Source: Haliotis rubra (taxonomy: Eukaryota). Taken from it: a stretch of 64,000 bases of DNA. The notes beneath the pieces are model-generated. The model ran no database searches, was not told the origin of the DNA, and saw only the letters and a program-made list of their open reading frames with translations. Position 1 is the stretch's first letter; each line of letters opens with the position of its first letter. Shown in pieces: positions 28,001-40,593 of the stretch. The stretch lies in the NCBI RefSeq assembly GCF_003918875.1, contig NW_025766558.1:992001-1056000 (forward strand). The letters run 5' to 3'. The position numbers were made by a program, and so were the translations under genes.

Positions 28001-31000
28001 AAACCGCAAATATTGTTTAAAGAATATTTGAACTTATACATGAGAGAGATTGAACAAAATCACACATTTCTTTTCCTTCATGTTTACAGTGCAAGGAATT
28101 GCGTGCAAGTCAAAGGCATATCTTTAGTTGATGACTTAAGATTCTTCTTTGGGTAGGTTTTTCAGTGTATATACTCATGATCACCACGTAACAGGGTACA
28201 TCTTACCCGGTCACGCCCACGTGAATTAGGATCCCGGTTAGAATTGTCTTTAGCAACCTATGCTTGTCGTAAACGCCATTACCATAGTCAGGATCGACTC
28301 GACTGATGCATATGATGTCCCCTAATGGTGTTAATTGATTAATCCAGTCTCCCGTTATGTTCCAGGAAGGGCTGTCTTAAGTCTATGTGTTGTGGGACTG
28401 TGCGTGGGTTCAGGGGAAGAAGCCTTGCAGCTGGACTGAACTCGGGAGGTCTCCTCTCTCCTTCCCCCATCTCTTTGTCCACCCTGGCTTGTCTCTACCC
28501 AGTCACAGAGCGGTACCCCCAGCACACAGGCTCCCAGGACATGACAGGCCAGGTCTTCGTATCTTTTAGTACAAGAACCGATAGAGTCCTGGTAAATTAG
28601 TTTTTACCTCAACAATTGTATTGCTTATGAGAGGTCCGTTTGGTATTTAAATGGGAATCCAGTCGGTTTGCATAACAGTTGAAAACAACTGGAGCGAGTG
28701 AGTGGGTTGGGACTTACGCCCCTTCATACAGTGTTCCAGATATATCAGGTTCTTTCAGCCCATGAACACGGGTATATATAATAGTGTTGACAAAACTAGA
28801 AACAATCGGGTAGTCAAACCTACAATCATAGGTTTCTGACGTACCCATGGGACGCAACTCTGTACAGAGAATTGCAACGCCCTAAAAGACTGGACCACCG
28901 ATGTTCCAGTGATAGCAGCTTGTTCTGAGACCTTATACATCTATGTCTATCCTTGATGAATCCAGATAAATTTTTATGGCCCACTCCTAACTCCACTACT
29001 TCTGAGCAGTAGACAGTTGGAGATGCTGGACATACACAAACTTACTGATTGGAGTACATTGTCATTGCGGTTGACAGACACGGAACAAAAGATGCAAAGT
29101 AAGTTGTACATTCAACATAATAGTATTTAATTAGAAACTACATTTCATCGCAAAGCCTCACTAAAAAGCAGAAGTTTCATTTCTAGAAAGGTTCTGCCGA
29201 TGGATCAGATAAAAGCACCCTCAAGACCCTATGGATTACCTCACAGGGCCAATGGTTTGAAGGCGATATTGAGTTGGGTGTCGACCTCGCTCCTCTCCTT
29301 CCCTAAAGTGAACCATTGTTTTAGTGTTTCAGGGCATTTTGGCCAAAACTTTGAAAACTGGAATTACCCCATCATATGTTAGCGGGATGATTCCAAACCT
29401 ATTGGTTATAATCTAGTGAGAGATCAGCCATTGACTTGGAAGTAGCGTTACCTGAGCACAGGTCTATACCAAATCCCAGATGGTTTACCTTTGTGTGAGA
29501 TAACAGGCTTGAACACTTTGACCAGACCATTTTGCCAGAAGAACCTTTGAACACATCTGTGAACTTAGTAATATCCAAACTGAATATTGAATACATCGAA
29601 GTAGCGCTGGTGGTGCTGCTTCTGACATGAAAAAAAATGTATGCTGAATATGAACTGAAACAGAAACTTTAAGGACATATATACCGACTTCAGTAGTGAT
29701 GGAAATGTCAGTAGGCTGAGTGGCGTAACTGTTGTCTATAATCTATATACAAGTCCCACTCCATTAACACGCTAGGACTCACGGATACATATCATCCTAA
29801 GTGTAAAATATTCCACTTAACTATCTTAAAATCTGGCATCAGTACATACTTCTACACTGCCCATCAAAAGTTTAGACTCACTTAAAGCACTCACTATTTG
29901 TTATGTTATATATACTGAAAGCCATTAAAAATGCAATTTGACGTTCATACTTTCTTTATTCACACTAATTTCAACATATATAAACCTAACTGGCAGATAT
30001 GTTTTAAGTGAACATCTGTGAATAATTTCATCTGAAAATGTCCAGTCAACAACAACATCAGTGACGCAACAACGACATCACACGAAGGAGGGGTCACTCG
30101 CAGTCAATATCGTGTGTGTCCACCGTGCGCTGCAAGACATGCTCGCAGTCTTTGGGGCATTGAAAGACACACATTTCTCAGGAACAGCTGTTTGATGGTC
30201 TGCAGCCTCTGATGGTCTGTGGTCTGATCATGACACCACCCCCTCCAAAACGATCATGTTCAAGGACACAGTTTGGCGCAAGTCTTTCTCCTTTACGTCG
30301 ATAAATCTGTTGACGTCCATCTGCAAAGAATAAGTTAAACCTGGATTCATCTGAGAAAATGACATCTGGCCATGTCCTGTTGCCAAGATTGGCCCCATTT
30401 GCTACCCATCGCTGTCTGGCAAGTCTGTGGCGATGCAATAAGGTTGGACCACGGTACGGGTGACGACACCGGATGTTGAAGGCAGCAAGGCGTCCTTGCA
30501 CCTTTTGGGCGCTGAAATGACGTTGACTTGTCCCAATTGTCCTCCTTGCCTAATCATCAGCTGTTTGGAACCGATTTCGCAAGTGTGAAACTCGGATATT
30601 GCGGTTTTGTCGAGCTGTTATCACAGGTGGTGCACCAGGTCGCGGACGATCAGCAACACTTCCGGTAGCCCGAAAACGTTGTCTGAGTCGACTTACAGTG
30701 GATGGATGCACATTAAAGTGCCTGGCAATCATCACATCTGAAGCACCTTGGCTGACCATACCGATGACTTGTCCCAATTGTCCTCCTTGCCTAATCATCA
30801 GCTGTTTGGAACCGATTTCGCAAGTGTGAAACTCGGATATTGCGGTTTTGTCGAGCTGTTATCACAGGTGGTGCACCAGGTCGCGGACGATCAGCAACAC
30901 TTCCGGTAGCCCGAAAACGTTGTCTGAGTCGACTTACAGTGGATGGATGCACATTAAAGTGCCTGGCAATCATCACATCTGAAGCACCTTGGCTGACCAT

Positions 31001-34000
31001 ACCGATAACCTGATTCCTTTCGTCTTGTGTCAAGTGTGGCATTTTCTCAAAGTGATTGAGTTCCACAATTCCTTGTGCTTTTACAGGGCCTGGGTGCAGG
31101 TAATGCATGTGCACAACGTGTTTCATGAATGTGGTTGTGTTTACGAGAAATGTCAAAGGTTCAGTTTTAAGTATCAAAGTTCATGTGAGAGGAATGCTCC
31201 GGGACTCGAACCCGAAATGGGCCAGAATAACAGCCTTTTATCCATACATCCTCTGTATCGCAGGAAAAAATCTTCAATAGAACTTTTGTAAGTTTCAGGA
31301 CAACAAATACCAATTGCGTTTTTAATGGCTTTCAGTATATATGGTTACAGCGAAGATGAATGCAGATGAATTGCACGAGGATCATGCTTCAAATTGCTGA
31401 AAAGCATGTGCAAATATCGTGCATGCGATCAGCTGCGTTTTGGTGTAAAGTTTTCTTAAGAATTCGCCAGTTTTCAATGTGTTTCATCGTTTATTGAACT
31501 CATGACAATAATCTTTTTTACGTTACGAATTTGTTTTACAATACATCAGTTCATGTGTAAACATACCTTTAAACAGTTGACTGAAGTAAGTGGCTACATT
31601 TACGCTTTTGATTTGTAGTATACATCCGAATTGGTTTGTTCGCTGGCGGTATTGAAAACGTGTTTCTGGGCTTATCTCACAGATATATTAATAGGAAAAC
31701 AAATAAGTGGACTATAAATATATGACATCCAACCTCTCTGTTCTCTTTGTTAACTGTTATGGTTTTACCTTTTTCATTGTGCATTCAACCCTTATGTCCA
31801 TGCTCAATACAAAGGTCAGACTATTTTGAGAAAGTATTGGAATGTGAATAATATAGATACATTACTTTAATTGGTGTAATTATGACCCAGTTTGTCTGGT
31901 CTGAGTTGTAGATCGTCACATATCTGTTTCTACAAAGGTGACATGACCGCTACAGCAACACTGATGAATCAGCGCTACATGCCACCCTGGGCCGCCGGAG
32001 CCACAACGTTCCTCCTGGGCCTGGCCGTGATTGTCTCCGACCTTTGTGCAGATGACGACGCAAACAGAGATCGAGGTACGGAAGGTAACAACAAATTGGG
32101 TATATGTCAAGAAAAAATAATTTAAAGACGTGCATGTATGCAGCAATTATATAAACTGTATACAAAGAGGCACGCATGCACTGTTTACAGCGAACTTGAA
32201 CACTGTATACAAACGGACATAATGACTGTGTACACACTGACACATATACACTGTACAAGCGAACATATATACCTGTTAAAGACGAACATATACACTTAAT
32301 ACATATGAGCATATGGCACTGTATACAAATATGATTGGCAAGGGCTGTTTATTCACCTAGCCCAGGTGTTAGATTGATCAGTGACATTCGGTCGGGCGAG
32401 ATTTACACATGTTAAGTCTCAGCCAAGATTTCCATGACAAAAGCAATGCCACAGCAGAGTGAAAACACTCTTATCCTCTTAGCATAAGAATGCCAACCTC
32501 TCATTCTGGAGTAGAATATATGTGGCTGTGTAGAACCATGTTTGTGAAACTACTACTCCAAAACAGATGAGAGACCTAGATAAAGTGCAAATTGCAGTCT
32601 CTCAATTTGGCATCATACCAGCTCGTGTCGCTCAAACCAGAAATTGTATTGATATTCTGGTTCTACAGGATGCACATAAACCATGTGAATAATTCTCTCC
32701 ATTGTAGCAACTGCAGCCAGCTGTTGTTAATTCCCCAGCGAGCAACTGTTACACGATATAATGCTATGATCGATCTTTACATGCTATGCATTATAATATC
32801 TATATGTTGTGTTTATACTCTGTGGTGTTAGTGTGTATTCAGTACTGTTAACCGAGTAATGGGCCCCACATTGTTGTTCTAGATACCCACCCACTCTATA
32901 TAATCTAGACATTTGTTTATTGTGTATATTTATTCTGTTTCCAACAAGACCAGACTTTTATATAGTCGTTTTACTCCCATATCTCGGAGAGAGTGCGCAG
33001 TCACTAAAGCATATAGGGTGAAACTTATACCTTGGAAACACATTTTGCTCACAAGAGCAAATATAACTACTGTATATTTAAGATAATATTATTGCGTAAC
33101 TACACGTTTCTTCAAAGGTCATTCAACTGATCATATAAATAGTTGATGCAGTGCTTTTTATACGTAAATTTTTAATTAGATTTCCTGGTACCTACAAAGT
33201 TCAGCTCATAGCTCAGAGTCGCCCCTTAAAGAAGAAAGAATTGCCTGGCCTGACAAAGATAGTTTTTCTACAGAACGGTCCTTTTATGTCAAACGGTATA
33301 TTCTGATTGTGATAATTGCAGAGATCATCAGACATCTTCAGGGTGACGTCAGCCTGCTTCCCCAGCTGTACCCAGCCATCTCAGAAAGCCTGCAGTCATC
33401 CTTACAACACATCTTTGCAAACAGAGTTACTGAATATGAGAAGATGGTAATAGTGAGTGAGTTTAGTTTTACGCCGCACTCGGCAATATTCCAGCTATAT
33501 GGCGGCGGTCTGTAAATAATCGAGTCTGGACCAGACAATCCAGTGATCAACAGTATGAGCATCGATCTGCGCAATTGAGAACCGATGACATGTGTCAACC
33601 AAGTCAGCAAGCCTGACCACCCAATCCCGGTAGTCGCCTCTCACGACAAGCATGGGTTACTGAAGATCAATATTCTAACCCGGACCTTCACGGATCAGAT
33701 GGTAATAGGTTATAGGAATGACAAGTGTTGCATTACAAACATAGGGCGAACAACCTTAAAAAACAATATTTCATGTACATAATAGTTTGTCGGCATAAGG
33801 TGGAAGGAAAGCCAAAAGTGATGTAGGTATATATATTTACCACGAGAAGGAACGAGAATGGTGCTGACAACAATATAAACGTAGTCATGTCTAACCAGGA
33901 TTCGAACCCAGTCCCTAAGGGAATCGACTCTGCACAACGATAACAAGTATAAGTGTATGCGCCCTAATACAATTTGAAGGAACCTAACATAAACTGCCCC

Positions 34001-37000
34001 GCAATAGAAAGTATACAGCCATGTTTCATCAGGACAAATATCAAACCAACGAAAAGTCGTTTGTGGTTCATGATATATTTGATACAGGTATCACAGCACA
34101 ATGTGAACTTGAATGTATCAGTTTTAATGTTTTTGTGACATCCAATTTTCAAATATCTGCTGTCATTTTCCCGTCAGTTTATCTTCTATATTTCTAAAGA
34201 AAACACATTTTGCTGGAGAATCATTTGGTTTGTAATTAGCAAATCTAGAGTAGCAATCTAGATGAAACTTGACAGATTCCAACATATACCAAAGAACATA
34301 CAAGGTATTTCTTAAATTTACCGAGAGATTAAACATGTCTACTCCTAATGCTCCTTTGAGTATTTGTGCTTGAAACATGGACCTTAAAGGGATTATTCTC
34401 AGGATCTTGTTGGAACGGCCAAAACAGCCACAGATCACTGACAAGTATACAAGTGTATTTTGGTCAACATTTATAGTTTCGACATATTGCAATATCGACA
34501 ATATACGATTTAAATGTTCTTGTGAATGCAAGAAATATTTCACGGGGTTCCTATTCAAGGTAAGTACCGAAAGGCCCTTGCAATAAGGGTTTTGTCCAGC
34601 CAGGATATGAACCTTGATCACAGCCTATTACCTTATTCTTTCAAGTTCTTGGTGTACATTTCAGCACGAGAAGACGTACACCCAGTCAATCCAGATGATA
34701 ACATCCGCCATCTGTCATGTCTTCAATCACAGCACAAATGTCAACTTCAGAAATGACATGAGCCATTTGTTACAGGTTTGTGTGGCAAGCTGCATCAACC
34801 CGTGATAGAACTAATCACACAGTAGTAATTCAGTGACAGACTGACTAGCATGTTAGTGTTGCCGGAAGGTGTATAGGATTCTATATGTCAGACAATAAAC
34901 ACAAATAAACACGGGAGTATGAAGCCACTTACTTGTGTGTTGTTAAACCATGTCCCATTTACCTGGTAGAAGACATAAGATGTTAAATTATGTTTATATA
35001 TATTTCCTTCAAATATTAGGTTGACACGAGGCAGGCATTGGAGAAGGCGCTCAAGACACGACTTCGGGAAATAGCCCATGTATCAGATGCCCAGATACAG
35101 GAGGTTAGATACAACCTGACAGATGTTCGATTCCTTGAATTAGTGAGAAATATGCACTGTTGTTCATCTGGTAGTCTCAGAATACATTGACAAGTGACAT
35201 ATGATGGTGCAATGGTCGCGAGGCTCTTATAATCCCGATGGTTGTGTCATGTGGTAATGACAATAGGTTACTTATACTGTTGAAGCAATATTCCTGTAAA
35301 TTAACAGACCTCAGACATACCAGTGGTTGACATTAGGATGGGTAGGGCTGGTTGAAACATTCTGTCGCTATGTCTGTGTTGTTGGACCGCGTTCATAGAG
35401 TTAATTGCTAATATTTTTCAACATGATCCCGTCCACGACCCACACAGTTCTGCCAACTGTGTTGGGGCGCTGGATGTCACTGGTGAAGAAGGCTTTCGCT
35501 TGGTGGTGTACAACATCTCCATAACAGTAGTTGCGTCGTCATTTGCATAATTCTTACCTGTGTGTTCTTTATTCACTATTTTGCAATAGGTGGAAATCTG
35601 ATGGTATCAAACTTGTTGAACAAAGGCATAAAGGACTTGAGTCTGACCCGTTTAGTGGCCTCTTACAAGCACAGATTAATTGGGTATGATCTCAACAGGT
35701 CCTATTCCCATTACATATGGTCATCGGGACATGAATTTCATACTGATCAATGTACTAGTGAGTGAGTGAGTTTGATTTTACGCAGCTTTTAGCAATATTC
35801 CAGCAATATCACGGCGGGGGACACCGGAAATGGGCTTCACACATTGTACCCATGTGAGGAATCGAACCCGGGTCTTCGGCGTGACGTCGAACGCTTTACC
35901 ACTAGACTAACCCACCGCCCCGATCAATGTACTAAACGAAAAAGCCTTTCTATAATAAAAAGTGGTTTAAGAATGCACCTTTCCCTATATAGATCGAGAC
36001 CGATGATGCAGACACGGACATAGATGAATGGGGCGAAGCTACCTATCCTAGGCTTGCCGACACTGCAGGTGCTACTGGTGACCTTCAGGACACTCCAGAC
36101 GCCATAGCAACCTCACAGGTATCATACCAGTTTCATGACATGGGACTAATATCAGGTCTCAAACTATATACACGTCATTCTCAAAATTCGTGCATATTTA
36201 TGTTATATGTTTGTACTCGACAAACTTAAGTCAAAATCAATAATTTGTTTATGGTAACTAATCTAATCTCAGTTTATTCTACACTTTACAGTAACAAAAT
36301 TGGGGGAAAAAAAATTATATGTATTTTAAACCCCCAATTGTACTCAGTTGTCATGTGTCACAACTCCCGTGGTCGATATGCAATTTGATTTTTTTTTAGT
36401 CTTTTTCATGTTTTTCAAAAGAAATCCTTAACATATCATAATTAATGATGTTACAGCTACATGCTCGGCGTGGTTTGGCCTTTTTTGTTTGAAAAAAGCA
36501 TATTGTAAAAAAAGGTCAAACTTTGTCACAAGGTTTGATGTCACTACCATAACATCTCCCCCAAAATTGCAATAATGATTACTCCCTGTACTGTCTTCTG
36601 ATTCTACTTCATGTTTGCAAGCAATGGCAGTGAGGAAACATGACTGTCAAACACCGACACACACACAAAAAAATCATTTTTCTGATCATTTTTTGAATAG
36701 CAAAAAAGGTGTGTACAAACTGATATCTGAGATTTTTGCATGTCCTAACCCTTACAGTGGTTACCGCTGAAACCAATAAATCTTGTGAAGCCAAACAATG
36801 CCAAGTACCTTAGACAGTAGGGGAAATCATCTGAAACCATGTGCTCAGTAAACTTTGGGGACCAGTTATTGTTATAAAACTGATATTGTTAGTGGCTGTC
36901 ACTACCATTACTTACGGTCACTGCCGTTATCATGGGTTTTGTTACGGTAAGGACAGATTTTGTGACGACAGTGACATTTTTCTAGTTTAATGTTGTTTGT

Positions 37001-39745
37001 ATCTAAACTTTCACTTCAAAGATATCAAATGTTTTGGAATCTTAAAAGTTTGTATCAAATGAATAAAATCAATAAGCGTATAAGTATGATTTTTTTTGTT
37101 ACGGTAAGGACAGGGTAGTATAACGGCTATGACAAAGAAGAAAACGGCTCGTTACGGTAGTGACATTATATACCGTCACAATGTCACTGCAGTAACATTC
37201 AGTCTTTACCTGTTTTTCACATGACAGGGACATCCATAAGTAAATCTGTTGCCTATTACATATTGTTCAAACATTCTGAAATATCTGACTGACAAATTTC
37301 ATTAAATTACCTAACAGTAAACATATAAAACTGGCTATTATTAAAAATGTCACTACCGTTGTGTCACTGCCGTAACAATAAACTCCAATCTCCATGCCAT
37401 AACAATATCATTTGCCATATTTAATTAAAATTGATTTATCTGTTTATGTCTGGAATTTGAATTACAATTATGTTTGGTAGTAGAGCTTCAAAAAAGCATA
37501 ATATAATAGATATACTCATTTCTAATTTTTTGCTACATATTACTTTACATTTGCAAATCAGAAATGAAATGAATTTTGACTTGTCCCCTTTTAAGCAATA
37601 AATATAAAATTTCTAAACTCATTAGCCAAGTTATATTGTAAAACTAGATATTTTAATATGTATGCACATTAACTGAATATCATCTTTGGATTTATTCTTT
37701 TTAAAATGACGTTACAAATTTCGAAACGGTAGTGATGCAATTTCATGAAATGACTAGAAAAAAGGGTAAAATATGAAAAATGAGACGTTAAGCTTGCATA
37801 ATTTATAATTTGTACATTCAGAATACTATGAACGTAATCAACAACATTTCAAAATAAAACGAGAAAACAAAATTTACAATTTTTGCCAACATGAAATATG
37901 CACGAATTTTGAGAATGACTCGTACACATTTCTCATCCATTTAAACTGTAAGCAAGAAATGTCCCGAATTCATCACAAACGTTTGTACTGTATGGGCATA
38001 CTAGTACCTCTACATGCGCCTGACTGGAGCAGCCAAGCCGACACTAGCCATGGGGCTACCCCAAACCCCTTTTCTGAAGGTAAGGTGAAATGGAGTCTTA
38101 TCAGACTAATGCTGATTTTATAGTCCACTTAATACCAAGTCACATTTTAACATGGATAGCCCACTCAGACACACCATGCAGACTCTCCATGGACAAGTCA
38201 TTCTGCGGATCCCTCAATGCCCAGTGCCACTCAGTTTAACAAGTACAGACTTGTTTTTGAACTTTTCGCTTTACTCTAATGTACACCTAATCTTCTTTTA
38301 TCTTTACTATGTACTTGTGGAATCTGAAGTTGAGAACGCTGCGCCATATCCTGTTTCAGGTTCGTTGGAATCTGCCTTCAAGACAGCAAGAAAACCTTGC
38401 CCAAAATATGGTGCAAGATGTTGATCACTTGGATGAAGGCGATGGGACCAGGTCACAGCATCTACACGACAACAGTTCCCATACACAAGCCCACCAGGAT
38501 ATCAATGTTAATGCGAACCCAAGGCAGAGATCGCCCAGCATGATGAGGGAAGACTTCGACTCTCAAATGAGTTGGGATATTCAGGATACAGATATTGTTG
38601 AAGATGACACAGGATCATGGTCTCTCACAAGCAGAGTTCTCCATACAAATCAGGTCTCAATGCAAGAGCCACGTTTTTACCCAGGTAAGATAAACCAAGG
38701 TAAATTCATATTGACATTTATTTATACTATAGACACTAAACTCCAGGCAGATGATATTTCAGTGGAATGTATATATTTACTGTTGTCTCTCTGATTTAGT
38801 GACCCAAAGGGAAGATGATGATCTGCTTGTTCCGCCGATGTCCTCCGCCACACTCACACACCCTGACAGACCAAACGATCACCAGCAGTCAGTAAGGAAA
38901 CCTGTTTATATCCTTCAGAGAGCATGGGTTCAGCATTAAGAATACATTTTCTGTTGGGTGAAGTGCAAGATAACTGACATTGTTACATAATATAAAGATT
39001 TCATGAAGTATGGCAATACTGTTGATGAACACGTCTAAAGACGACAGCATCTTATTCAAGATCCAGTTGCGGGTTGGTTGCACCCATTGTCTTAACAGTG
39101 ACGTCACTGTACCTCGCCTAGGTTGTACAGGGCTCCAGATAAGGGCCGTATCGGCGTATGTACGGCTAAAAAAATATGCACGATACGGTAGGAAATATTT
39201 TGAAAAACGTAGCAGATACGCACCACAGCAATGGTGTACGGTCTTAGAATCATTTACACTCGTATTTATCGGGAAAAGTATTGTTTTATTGTTTATTGAC
39301 CTGTTTACACAAGAGTAACAACGTCGTGGTGCATACATGAAACGAATGACAAGATTACTGATACTCCATTAATTTCCATTCAGTACTCTAAATGTACACT
39401 TAAGGTTTTCTAGTACTCTTATATTGCAAAAAATAAGCAGTACGTACTCCTGATGTTGAAAAATTATCTGGAGCCCTGAGTTGTAAATACTATCAGTTAC
39501 TGGTGTTTATGTGTCAAACCTAGTGTAAGTAGGGCTACCTCTCACAGAGCAGAATTATTCCTCCAGCAGTACAAGACAACATTCACCCATTCTCTTTAAT
39601 CATGAAGACAAAACCCAAGGACCAGGTCAAATGATAACAACAATTGGCATACATGTATTGTATATGATAACCCAACCCTGTTACTTTGTTCCAGGTAGAT
39701 GACTGGTTGAATGAAGTAATGCTGGATGTTGCAGACTGGCTCTGA
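25016..39745 (+). CDS. TOP6BL: Meiotic topoisomerase VIB-like subunit (TOPOVIBL, SPO11 partner), ~655 aa, 15 coding exons
   Basis: Phase-consistent GT-AG exons: 25016-25051, 25215-25344, 26010-26242, 27324-27451, 28090-28152, 28366-28558, 28966-29098, 31938-32075, 33322-33446, 34665-34775, 35020-35103, 35993-36118, 38360-38684, 38800-38891, 39695-39745 (1968 nt). A possible extra in-frame exon lies at 38005-38079 and a probable 5'UTR exon ends at 23748. Motifs are collinear with recalled vertebrate TOP6BL: FLHKLKFLHGKVCFNLK, KGISLVDD, LACLYP, VFINFYGPLLTPL (cf. SIFLYGPLGLPL), LTDWSTLSL (cf. LVDWKKYHL), ITSAICHVFNHSTNVNFR (cf. VNSIMSILTGSTRSSFR), LKTRLREI, and terminal DDWLNEVMLDVADWL (cf. LWLQEVSNLSEWL). 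Confidence 0.85.
26242..26790. repeat. 43-bp minisatellite starting at a TOP6BL splice donor, ~11 copies
   Basis: Unit ggtatgtatgtcaagtcctgaataactaccctatatgggacct. Confidence 0.93.
26806..27150 (+). mobile_element. Degenerate SINE family B copy containing a ~100-bp hairpin insertion (26936-27036)
   Basis: ttcagcaacccatg...ggactggatgctccagactcgat matches SINE B. The insert has arms atgaacatggagactttctgggtttcatct / agatgaaacccagaaaagtctctatgttcat, and tgcttagatggatg is duplicated on either side. Confidence 0.6.
28559..28965 (+). other. Candidate U12-type (minor spliceosome) GT-AG intron in TOP6BL
   Basis: 5' site GTATCTTTT; branch-like TCCTTGAT at 28950-28957 just before gaatccAG; no polypyrimidine tract. 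Confidence 0.6.
29855..31620 (-). mobile_element. Defective Tc1-family DNA transposon in a TOP6BL intron
   Basis: Transposase MPHLTQDERNQVIGM...IARHFNVHPSTVSRLRQRFRATGSVADRPRPG, then VIFSDESRF...DRFGGGGVMI, then a deletion of most of the DDE core before ...ARGGHTRY. It has an in-frame stop, a 241-bp internal tandem duplication, a 30-bp inverted repeat (29909-29938 / 31313-31342) and degenerate TA-flanked termini. Confidence 0.9.
33452..33694 (-). mobile_element. SINE family B (near full length)
   Basis: (actc)n tail starts ~5 bp after the TOP6BL donor at 33447; high similarity to the 20427 and 22721 copies. Confidence 0.9.
35757..35921 (-). mobile_element. tRNA-derived SINE (family A), full length
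   Basis: Reverse strand ggggcggtgggttagtctagtggt...gggttcgattcc (A/B boxes)...ctcactcact tail; gatcaatgtacta occurs on both flanks (TSD-like). Confidence 0.9.
36171..37922. mobile_element. Non-autonomous DNA transposon (~1.75 kb) with TA flanks and internal GTCACTRCCGTAAC repeats
   Basis: TIR gtcattctcaaaattcgtgcatattt / aaatatgcacgaattttgagaatgac; about 10 dispersed copies of the motif in both orientations; AT-rich and non-coding. Confidence 0.8.
39128..39478. mobile_element. hAT-like MITE
   Basis: TIR CAGGGCTCCAGATAA...TTATCTGGAGCCCTG; imperfect flank duplication (aggttgta / agttgtaa). Confidence 0.75.
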
Positions 39746-40148
39746 CTAAATCAGATACACTGTTGACCCAATTTTAAACGTTGTTGTATAAGACAGTACA
39801 GTTTGGTTGCTGGCAAAGTGTCTATGAATATTTTTTACTAATATTTACTTGAAATGTATCTGACATTGATGGTGATCGTTTATCATTTACAAGTTGACAT
39901 AAAATGTTTTTTCCATTCTTCTGCTACATAACTGGTACCACCATCTCTTTTCTGTCTTAGCTGAAGAGAAACTGAGCATATTTTACCTGAAATGGCTGGT
40001 TGGTAGATAAAGTTAACAAACTGACTCCTGTTGAGCTCTGTCCTGTGTGGTATAATGTGTGTAGCAAGGATCAGTCCCCCTAACACGTCCCTCCACTGGC
40101 TTTCCCTACACACTAGTGAGTGAATCAGTTGAGGATGCTGCTGCTTGG

Positions 40149-40593
40149 AACATCAGCTCATACACGTCTCAGCCTGCCACGTTAATGTGGCAGAGCCTAA
40201 AGTGATGCAGGTAACATCAGCTCATTCACGTCTCAGCCTGCCACGTTAATGTGGCAGAGCCTACAGTGATGCAGGTAACATCAGCTCATTCACGTCTCAG
40301 CCTGCCACGTTAATGTGGCAGAGCCTACAGTGATGCAGGTAACATCAGCTCATTCACGTCTCAGCCTGCCCAGTTAATGTGGCAGAGCCTACAGTGATGC
40401 AGGTAACATCAGCTCATTCACGTCTCAGCCTGCCCAGTTAATGTGGCAGAGCCTACAGTGATGCAGGTAACATCAGCTCATTCACGTCTCAGCCTGCCCA
40501 GTTAATGTGGCAGAGCCTACAGTGATGCAGGTAACATCAGCTCATTCACGTCTCAGCCTGCCACGTTAATGTGGCAGAGCCTACAGTGATGCA
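40149..40593. repeat. 64-bp minisatellite, 7 copies, most units with a CTGCCAC-N6-GTGGCAG hairpin
   Basis: Visible tandem array between the convergent TOP6BL and MBIP stop codons. Confidence 0.95.

Noticed and set aside
31190-31255. B-box-like GGTTCGAGTCCC on the minus strand
   Set aside because: No convincing tRNA structure; it lies within the Tc1 element's upstream region.
34163-34621. 152-aa minus-strand ORF
   Set aside because: AT-rich and intronic; at most a decayed LINE C-terminal fragment, too weak to call.
35757-35921. tRNA gene
   Set aside because: A/B boxes are present but there is no cloverleaf; it is followed by a SINE core and tail and is multicopy.
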